From the NCBI GenBank assembly GCA_046318155.1, contig JBKCUU010000044.1, forward strand, positions 1 to 12,568: a stretch of 12,568 nucleotides of DNA. Direction: 5' to 3'. Made by a program: the position numbers and the translations under genes. Shown piece by piece: positions 1-5,342 of the stretch; the stretch's first letter is position 1; each line of letters opens with the position of its first letter. Origin of the DNA: Bdellovibrio sp. Lineage in GTDB: Bacteria > Bdellovibrionota > Bdellovibrionia > Bdellovibrionales > Bdellovibrionaceae. The notes beneath the pieces are model-generated. The model was not told the origin of the DNA. It made no database searches and saw only the letters and a program-made list of their open reading frames with translations.

Positions 1-324
1 TTGCGACCCCTGAACTCTTAGCGGCAACCATTGTGGGTAAGTACGTCGATGGGATGCCGCTTTATAGTATGGAATACTATTGGCAGCGACACGGGGTCGA
101 GCTCACCCGTGGATGTGGCGGTGGATGAAATCCACGTGCAAGTTTTGAAAGAAAATGGCAGACGGGCTGAAGACAAATCCTGGATGTGGGTCAACAAAGC
201 GTTAGTTAAAATCATCAAGGAACTACCGCTGGCGAAAAATATTGAGGATTTTGAACGCGCCTGGCCGACGTCATTTTTACACCTGAGAACCCTGTTTAGC
301 AAAAAAGATTCATGGCGCGCTTAC
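1..324 (+). mobile_element. Internally deleted IS66-family element, right part (left end outside window)
   Basis: Three TnpC-like pieces: frame +3 ATPELLAATIVGKYVDGMPLYSMEYYWQRHGVELTRG (3-113), frame +1 VAVDEIHVQVLKENGRRAEDKSWMWV (115-192), and C-terminal-like KALVKIIKELPLAKNIEDFER. The segment ends in GGCGCGCTTAC (314-324), whose reverse complement GTAAGCGCGCC fits the GTAA-starting IS66 terminal inverted repeat. Confidence 0.85.
3..299 (+). pseudogene. tnpC: IS66 transposase TnpC remnant (frameshifted, most of DDE domain deleted)
   Basis: Matches to IS66 motifs KYxDxxPLY and DExxVQVL...KSxMWV. The frame changes near 113-115 and near 256-260, and the last piece LADVIFTPENPV stops at 297-299. 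Confidence 0.8.
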
Positions 325-376
325 TAAACATGTTCGCTTTTTGCTCAGGTGTAAACGTTCTCTTCGCTCTTCTCAT
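325..376 (-). pseudogene. N-terminus of an IS3 OrfA-like HTH protein, truncated at the IS66 end
   Basis: The minus strand reads AGAAGGGAAACACAC-ATG (SD-like), then MRRAKRTFTPEQKANMF, resembling the RRxFTxEQK start of HTH_Tnp_1 proteins. The similarity stops at the IS66 terminus (324/325). Confidence 0.6.
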
Positions 377-476
377 GTGTGTTTCCCTTCTAGGAATTAC
401 ACACTAAGTCTGCAACTTTCGTCCCATTTGAGAAAAAACAGCACACACGGAGAGAATCAGAGCGCTGAGACTATTG

Positions 477-500
477 ATAAACGCATAAATATAAACGCAT
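477..500. repeat. 10-bp direct repeat ATAAACGCAT x2
   Basis: Exact copies at 477-486 and 491-500. Confidence 0.8.
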
Positions 501-525
501 CCTAGGCAAAAAAATTCGCTGGACT

Positions 526-645
526 ATGATCGATTGCATTTACCGAAAGGATGAATGGGACCGGAAAGCTTGTCCAGAGGCGGGCCTTCGGGTATCAGAG
601 CTTCCGAAACTATCGATTGAGAGTGCTAAGTGCTTGTCTTTTTAA
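526..645 (+). pseudogene. 39-codon ORF with a tyrosine recombinase box I-like motif (possible integrase relic)
   Basis: MIDCIYRKDEWDRKACPEAGLRVSELPKLSIESAKCLSF*. GLRVSELxxLxI matches the catalytic-Arg motif of XerC/D and phage integrases. It lies ~90 bp from a tRNA 3' end. Confidence 0.45.
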
Positions 646-672
646 AACTTTTTGAACTTATCTACGGTTGAG

Positions 673-723
673 TGAAGAGAACCTGAAGAGAACCAGAGAA
701 CCAGAGAACCAGAGAACCAGAAC
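673..723. repeat. 8-bp tandem repeat (AGAGAACC)n
   Basis: Four perfect tandem copies at 687-718, one more at 676-683 and a partial copy at 719-723. The 11-mer TGAAGAGAACC is also duplicated (673-683, 684-694). Confidence 0.95.
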
Positions 724-734
724 ACGAGAAAAAT

Positions 735-810
735 TGGAGCGGGAAACGGGACTCAAACCCGCGACCTATGCCTTGGCAAGGCATCGCTCTATCAACTGAG
801 CTATTCCCGC
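735..810 (-). tRNA. tRNA-Gly (anticodon GCC)
   Basis: The reverse complement is GCGGGAATAGCTCAGTTGATAGAGCGATGCCTTGCCAAGGCATAGGTCGCGGGTTTGAGTCCCGTTTCCCGCTCCA. It is a 76-nt cloverleaf with anticodon stem ATGCC/GGCAT, loop TTGCCAA and an encoded CCA. Confidence 0.98.
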
Positions 811-830
811 ATCGCGTTTGAAGTTCAACG

Positions 831-860
831 AAATAATCATGCGGGGTAATTGTCTGTCAA
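831..860 (-). promoter_or_regulatory. Putative sigma70 promoter of tRNA-Gly
   Basis: Perfect TTGACA (860-855), then an AT-rich GATTATTT -10-like region 16-18 nt downstream, ~20 nt before the tRNA. Confidence 0.55.
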
Positions 861-897
861 GGCTTCCTTTTCAATCGAATTCTCGTTAAAATCAGAC

Positions 898-1080
898 ATG
901 ACCACACTTCAAGATTTAAGTTCAAATCACAATGCGGCTCTGCGCCTGCGACTGAAAAGTCGTTCTTGGATGCTGCTAATTCTTTGTGCAGTGTTTTGTT
1001 TTGGTGCTGGGCTGCTTGCCGGTGAAACCTACCGAGCCCGCTCGGCCGCACCCATCACGGCTGTCGGCGAGAGCAAATAA
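898..1080 (+). CDS. Small single-pass membrane hypothetical protein (60 aa from ATG 898)
   Basis: Fills the gap between the tRNA promoter and pgsA. It has a basic patch followed by hydrophobic WMLLILCAVFCFGAGLLAG. The TTG at 850 overlaps the tRNA promoter, so ATG 898 is preferred. Confidence 0.5.
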   Translation: MTTLQDLSSNHNAALRLRLKSRSWMLLILCAVFCFGAGLLAGETYRARSAAPITAVGESK

Positions 1081-1087
1081 TCTGAGC

Positions 1088-1651
1088 TTATGTCTTGAGC
1101 GCCGGCGGACGGGCTTTGTAGTAGCCCCAAACGTATTCGATCCCTGACGTCAGCGAGAGAATAACACTGAGCCAAAGCACCCAAAAACCAATTTTCACAA
1201 CCGGAATGCCGGCAAAATCTTCGCCAATAATCATGGCGGGAATCGCCACCATTTGCATGGCGGTTTTCCATTTGCCCGCAGGCTTGGCCGCAATGATGAC
1301 TTGGTCGGCAGCGGCGACCGAGCGAAGTCCACCGATCAGCGTGTCGCGCGCCAAAATGATGATGACCATCCAGTGATCAATCAACTGCGAGGGGATGAGG
1401 GCTACCAAAACACTGGTGACAAGAATCTTGTCTGCAATGGGATCCATGAATTTACCCATGTGTGAGACCGCATTGTATTTGCGTGCATAATAACCATCAA
1501 AATAATCTGAAACCGAGGCGAGGATAAAAATCAAAGCGGCAAAGATCCGCCAACCCAGACCAGGCATGGACATGCCAAGAAGAACGACCGGCACCATGAG
1601 AATGCGGGACATGGTGATCCACATGGGGATTTTTTGTTGCCAAGACGTCAT
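1088..1651 (-). CDS. pgsA: CDP-diacylglycerol--glycerol-3-phosphate 3-phosphatidyltransferase
   Basis: CDP-alcohol phosphotransferase motif DYFDGYYARKYNAVSHMGKFMDPIADK, plus IPxWITxxRI and GKWKTxxQM. It lies upstream of tRNA-Gly as in many proteobacteria. ATG 1651 is preferred to TTG 1687. Confidence 0.95.
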   Translation of the reverse strand: MTSWQQKIPMWITMSRILMVPVVLLGMSMPGLGWRIFAALIFILASVSDYFDGYYARKYNAVSHMGKFMDPIADKILVTSVLVALIPSQLIDHWMVIIILARDTLIGGLRSVAAADQVIIAAKPAGKWKTAMQMVAIPAMIIGEDFAGIPVVKIGFWVLWLSVILSLTSGIEYVWGYYKARPPALKT

Positions 1652-1658
1652 GAGCCCG

Positions 1659-1687
1659 ACAATGAAGCCTTGCGGCAATGCTGTCAA
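1659..1687 (-). promoter_or_regulatory. Putative sigma70 promoter of pgsA (leaderless)
   Basis: TTGACA (1687-1682), 17 nt, CATTGT (1664-1659), 7 nt, ATG 1651. No SD. Confidence 0.55.
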
Positions 1688-1839
1688 ACGGTCTTAGTCT
1701 GGGTTGACGCAAATGGCGCTTAGACTTTAGGCGTCAATTTCGCATCAGTTGAGCTTCAATGAGCCCAAATCCAACCCCCTTATGGCAGACTTGAGTGAGT
1801 TCACATCAGTAGGTAAAAAAAAGCCGAGGAGTCCTCAGG

Positions 1840-2592
1840 ATGAGCATCCAATTTGATGTCCGTCACGAAGCTGCAAAACGTAAATTTCCGCGCCTCTTTT
1901 TGGCGCTCAAATCAGCCGATCTTGTGCCTTTGCCAGATGTCTTTCTGGTTTGGCGTGACCGCACCCAGAGCATGGTCCTTGATCTGAGCGAATCCGGAAT
2001 CTTGGTCTCATCGACCGGAATTTTGGGTCAGATCAAATTAGGGCAACATCTTGATGTCAGGCTTCGCGTCGGCGGCATGAACCCAAAATCCTTACAGGTC
2101 AAAGTGTTGCGTCTGACGGCCGGCTGCGTGCTGTTGTCGCTGGATGCCCTGACTATCGCGGCTCGGCTCAAGCTCGAGCAAGACGTTCGCGAAAACTTGA
2201 TTCTCAGCTCTTGGCGTGCGCTTCCGACAAATCAATTGCACCCTAGTTTTCATGCCTCGACGTGGTGGCATTCTGCGTTTGATTCGAATATCTGGGTTTG
2301 GCGCGACTCTGCCGGAGTCTTGCAAAAAATGATTGTCGAGTTCGAGTCGGTCGGCTTTGTTTTTGATGGCATTGGTTCGCGTTTTTTACGAACGCCTTCA
2401 GCTTTTGATGAAAGTAAAGGCTACGTCGGTCCCTACACCGGGCCACTTCCGAACAAAGTCGAGCCCGGTCATGATTGGACCCAGCGTCTACTTAAAATCA
2501 TGGTGCCAGGGTCGCAATTGTCAGAAGTGCTGGTGTCAGAGATTCGCAGTCTGATTCCCAAGTCAGGGCTGGCCAAAACCCTGCATGTTTGA
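1840..2592 (+). CDS. PilZ-domain protein with C-terminal domain of unknown function
   Basis: RxxxR (RKFPR) and DxSxxG (DLSESG) c-di-GMP-binding motifs followed by beta-strand-like sequence. SD GAGGAG at 1826-1831. Confidence 0.75.
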   Translation: MSIQFDVRHEAAKRKFPRLFLALKSADLVPLPDVFLVWRDRTQSMVLDLSESGILVSSTGILGQIKLGQHLDVRLRVGGMNPKSLQVKVLRLTAGCVLLSLDALTIAARLKLEQDVRENLILSSWRALPTNQLHPSFHASTWWHSAFDSNIWVWRDSAGVLQKMIVEFESVGFVFDGIGSRFLRTPSAFDESKGYVGPYTGPLPNKVEPGHDWTQRLLKIMVPGSQLSEVLVSEIRSLIPKSGLAKTLHV

Positions 2593-3001
2593 GTATTCGC
2601 GCCGCATTCAGTTTTACGAAACAGACTTGATGCGTATTGTGCATCACTCCAATTACCTACGTTTTTTTGAGGAAGCCCGAGTCGCTTGGGCTGTTCAGCG
2701 CCAGTTGATCGACTGGCGGGATCCTCATTCGGCAGCGGCCTTCGCCGTTTTAGGCACCGAAGTTCGACATCTCTTGCCCTGCCGCTTCGGTGACACGATT
2801 AAAATCCAAGTCCAGGCGCGCCTGACTGGGGTGCGAGTTGTGTTTGAGTACAAAATGTGGAAAAAAAAGCAACTCGTCTCAGAGGGCCGAACCGAACACG
2901 TCAACTTAGGCCCAGATCTCAAACTTCAGCGCCCAACGCCTGAGCTGAAACAGTGTATGGAGAAAGAACAATGGAACGAAACCTGGCTCTTGAATTTGTA
3001 A
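2585..3001 (+). CDS. Acyl-CoA thioesterase, YbgC/4HBT hot-dog family
   Basis: RIQFYETDLMRIVHHSNYLRFFEEAR family signature; 138 aa; overlaps the upstream stop. Confidence 0.9.
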   Translation: MFEYSRRIQFYETDLMRIVHHSNYLRFFEEARVAWAVQRQLIDWRDPHSAAAFAVLGTEVRHLLPCRFGDTIKIQVQARLTGVRVVFEYKMWKKKQLVSEGRTEHVNLGPDLKLQRPTPELKQCMEKEQWNETWLLNL

Positions 3002-3933
3002 GGATCACCGAGGCCGCTGCGCTGGCGAGTGCACGCTGGATGGGGCTCGGAAAAGAACACGAAGCCGACCAGGCGGCAGTCGATGCCATGAGACGAGCCT
3101 TTGATTCGGTTCGCATTGATGGGACCGTCGTGATTGGAGAAGGCGAGCGCGATCAAGCACCAATGCTTTTTATTGGCGAAAAAGTGGGACGCAAGGGCGA
3201 GGACGCCTTTGCGATCGACATCGCGCTGGATCCGCTTGAAGGCACAACGATTTGCGCCAAAGGCGGCGTGGGCGCGATTTCAGTGATTGCGGTTGCTGAG
3301 CGTGGCAACTTCTTGCACGCCCCGGACACCTACATGGATAAAATTGCCTGCGGCCCTGAGGCCAAAGGTGTGATTGATCTGGATTTGTCGGCCACCGAAA
3401 ACATTCGGCGTGTCGCTGAAAAACTCAACAAGCCCGTTGCAGATGTCACCGTCGTGATTCTGGATCGCCCTCGTCACGAGGCGCTGATTGCCGAAGTTCG
3501 CAAGCTCGGTGCGCGGATCCAGTTGATCGGTGATGGGGATGTCTCGGCTGCCGTCGCGGCGGCTTGGCCTGGATCTGGAATCGATTTATTGATGGGGATT
3601 GGCGGAGCACCTGAAGGCGTGATCTCGGCCGCAGCGATGCAATGCTTGGGCGGGGACTTTCAGGGACGCCTCAAATTTCGCAACGATGATGAGCGCTCGC
3701 GTGCTTCGAAAATGGGCCTCAAAGATTTGAATAAAAAATTTCTGATCGATGAACTTGCTCGTGGCAAGGTGATGTTTTGCGCAACGGGCGTGACCGATGG
3801 CCCCTTTTTAAAAGGAGTGAAAGCTCTTCCTGGTCGCCGGGCCACCACCCACTCCGTGGTGATGCGATCTGAAACCGGCACCATTCGGACGATCGAGGCC
3901 CATCACGATTTTAACAAGAAGTCCAATGTCTGA
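2971..3933 (+). CDS. glpX: Class II fructose-1,6-bisphosphatase
   Basis: MERNLALEFVRITEAAA start, VVIGEGERDQAPML, DPLEGT, DGDV, GIGGAPEGV and ATGVTDG. GGAG lies upstream of ATG 2971. Confidence 0.97.
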   Translation: MERNLALEFVRITEAAALASARWMGLGKEHEADQAAVDAMRRAFDSVRIDGTVVIGEGERDQAPMLFIGEKVGRKGEDAFAIDIALDPLEGTTICAKGGVGAISVIAVAERGNFLHAPDTYMDKIACGPEAKGVIDLDLSATENIRRVAEKLNKPVADVTVVILDRPRHEALIAEVRKLGARIQLIGDGDVSAAVAAAWPGSGIDLLMGIGGAPEGVISAAAMQCLGGDFQGRLKFRNDDERSRASKMGLKDLNKKFLIDELARGKVMFCATGVTDGPFLKGVKALPGRRATTHSVVMRSETGTIRTIEAHHDFNKKSNV

Positions 3934-4231
3934 GGTTGTTTGTTTTAAGTGCAGCAAGGCTGTGAAAGTTTTGGGCTCAGCACCAGGTCGGCGCGAAGAG
4001 TGCCCCCATTGCCGTTCGGATCTTCACGTGTGTAAAAACTGCGAGCACTATGATCCTCGCGCCTACAACGAGTGCAGAGAGTCCTCGGCGGATGTCGTCA
4101 AAGACAAAGAGCGCGCCAATTTTTGTGACTATTTTGCCGCCGGGACGGGCTTGTCAAAGTCGGGTCCAACCCAGTCCGATCTTCTTGCAGCCGCTGAAGC
4201 CCTGTTCAAGAAACCCACGGGAAAAAATTAA
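3926..4231 (+). CDS. Cys-rich Zn-ribbon-like conserved hypothetical protein
   Basis: CFKC, CPHC, CKNC and two further Cys (ECRE, NFCDYF); overlaps the glpX stop. Confidence 0.85.
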   Translation: MSEVVCFKCSKAVKVLGSAPGRREECPHCRSDLHVCKNCEHYDPRAYNECRESSADVVKDKERANFCDYFAAGTGLSKSGPTQSDLLAAAEALFKKPTGKN

Positions 4232-4268
4232 GCCCGCCCCACGTGCCCGCATTTCGACACGCCGCCCA

Positions 4269-4297
4269 TAGACGCAGTGCTTGTCACCTCTCATGAT
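4269..4297 (+). promoter_or_regulatory. Putative sigma70 promoter
   Basis: TAGACG (4269-4274), 17 nt, CATGAT (4292-4297), upstream of SD GGAGG (4304-4308). Confidence 0.4.
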
Positions 4298-4313
4298 CTT
4301 GATGGAGGTCTGC

Positions 4314-4745
4314 ATGGCCGGCGCTCAAACTACAGAAGTTTTTAATTGCACGCCCGAACAATTTTTCGACATCGTCACGGATTATGCAAAGTACCCTGAA
4401 TTTCTTCAGGAAGTAAAAGAATGCAAAGTCTTGAAAACCGAAGGTCAGCGAAGGTTGGTCGAGTTTACGGTTTCGGTTGTCAAAAATTTTAAATACACCC
4501 TTTGGATGACCGAGGAGAGGCCTGGTCAGGTCCGATGGGAGTTTACCTCTGGCGATATTTTTAAAACCTCGACGGGGTTTTGGAAGATCGAAGACGAAAA
4601 AGGCAAGTGCCGGGCGACCTACTCGGTCGAAGCCACTTTTAACATGTTTGTACCTGGTCCTATTGCCAAAGCCTTAGTCAGTGTCAATCTTCCGAATATG
4701 GTGAGCAGTTACCATAAGCGCGTGGCGGAATTGTATGGCCGCTGA
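4314..4745 (+). CDS. SRPBCC/START-like polyketide cyclase family protein (Coq10/RatA-like)
   Basis: TPEQFFDIVTDYAKYPEFL and a GxWxI motif; 143 aa from ATG 4314 with SD GGAGG. Confidence 0.88.
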   Translation: MAGAQTTEVFNCTPEQFFDIVTDYAKYPEFLQEVKECKVLKTEGQRRLVEFTVSVVKNFKYTLWMTEERPGQVRWEFTSGDIFKTSTGFWKIEDEKGKCRATYSVEATFNMFVPGPIAKALVSVNLPNMVSSYHKRVAELYGR

Positions 4746-5067
4746 GGACGATTCAAAAGAGCCCAAGATCACTGAGGCACTCAAAAAACTTTTTGCCGCC
4801 GGAGTGTCGGGCGCCTTGATGAGCGAAGAGGTCATCCGCACTTATCTGGCTGATCTTAAATTGCCAAAAGAAATGCTGCAGCTGGTGATTCAAGGGGCTC
4901 AGAAATCCAAAGACGAAATTACGAATCGGGTGAGTAAAGAGGTTGTTGGGCTCATTGATAAGATTGATCTTGTGAAAGAGGTTTCTAAATTCGCAGAAAC
5001 TCACAAGTTTAAGATCAATGCCGAGATCGAGATCATCAAAAAAGAAGACAAGACGCCGAAGACCTAG
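4735..5067 (+). CDS. Helical hypothetical protein, phasin/PhaF-like N-terminus
   Basis: LKKLFAAGVSGALMSEEVIR resembles the start of granule-associated proteins. Amphipathic, charged; overlaps the upstream gene. Confidence 0.75.
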   Translation: MAAEDDSKEPKITEALKKLFAAGVSGALMSEEVIRTYLADLKLPKEMLQLVIQGAQKSKDEITNRVSKEVVGLIDKIDLVKEVSKFAETHKFKINAEIEIIKKEDKTPKT

Positions 5068-5080
5068 ACTAAAGCCCCTC

Positions 5081-5107
5081 TCAAGCTGAGACAGTGGGGA
5101 CCGATAA
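5081..5107 (+). promoter_or_regulatory. Putative sigma28 (FliA) promoter
   Basis: TCAA (5081-5084), 15 nt, ACCGATAA (5100-5107), against consensus TAAA-N15-GCCGATAA. ATG follows 7 nt later at 5115. Confidence 0.7.
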
Positions 5108-5114
5108 GGCACGC

Positions 5115-5342
5115 ATGGTGATCATGATTCTCTCTGTTATTTCGGTTCTTGCCTTTTGTATCTGCTGCCGTTTTTTGATCAATACAATTATAAAGCCTGT
5201 GCCACAAATCACAAGCGGACCCTATAAACGCAGTGCCCTGCGAGTCAAAAAAGTCTACGCCGTCTTTGCTTGGTCAGTCATGACGGGCAGCTTTCTCTTC
5301 ACTCTTGTTGTTTCGTTCATTCAAGTCTATACGACGTTATGA
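5115..5342 (+). CDS. Small two-TM membrane protein (75 aa)
   Basis: Two hydrophobic segments separated by a basic loop. Its TGA overlaps the ALDH ATG (ATGA at 5339-5342). Confidence 0.75.
   Translation: MVIMILSVISVLAFCICCRFLINTIIKPVPQITSGPYKRSALRVKKVYAVFAWSVMTGSFLFTLVVSFIQVYTTL

Noticed and set aside
18..327. ORFs 18..302 (-) and 31..327 (+) as real genes
   Set aside because: They are by-products of the frameshifted IS66 remnant. The first 27 codons of the + ORF are out of the transposase frame.
530..620. Hammerhead or twister ribozyme, or c-di-AMP (ydaO) riboswitch
   Set aside because: GAAAC is present but there is no CUGANGA core. The minus-strand CCGGUCCC lacks the following AAGCCC of twister. 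No ydaO motifs are present.
673..730. CRISPR array
   Set aside because: The units are 8 bp and contiguous, with no spacers and no cas genes.
1804..1830. Sigma28 promoter for the PilZ gene (GCCGAGGA)
   Set aside because: There is no -35 element at 15-nt spacing, and GAGGAG is explained as the SD.
4314..5067. RatA-RatB toxin-antitoxin pair
   Set aside because: The downstream protein looks helical, not like the ubiquitin-fold RnfH/RatB, and there is no smpB/ssrA context.
850..5338. Extended ORF-track starts at 850, 1687, 2953, 4281, 5094 and 5270
   Set aside because: Downstream ATGs (898, 1651, 2971, 4314, 5115, 5339) fit family N-termini, SD or promoter positions and gene overlaps better.
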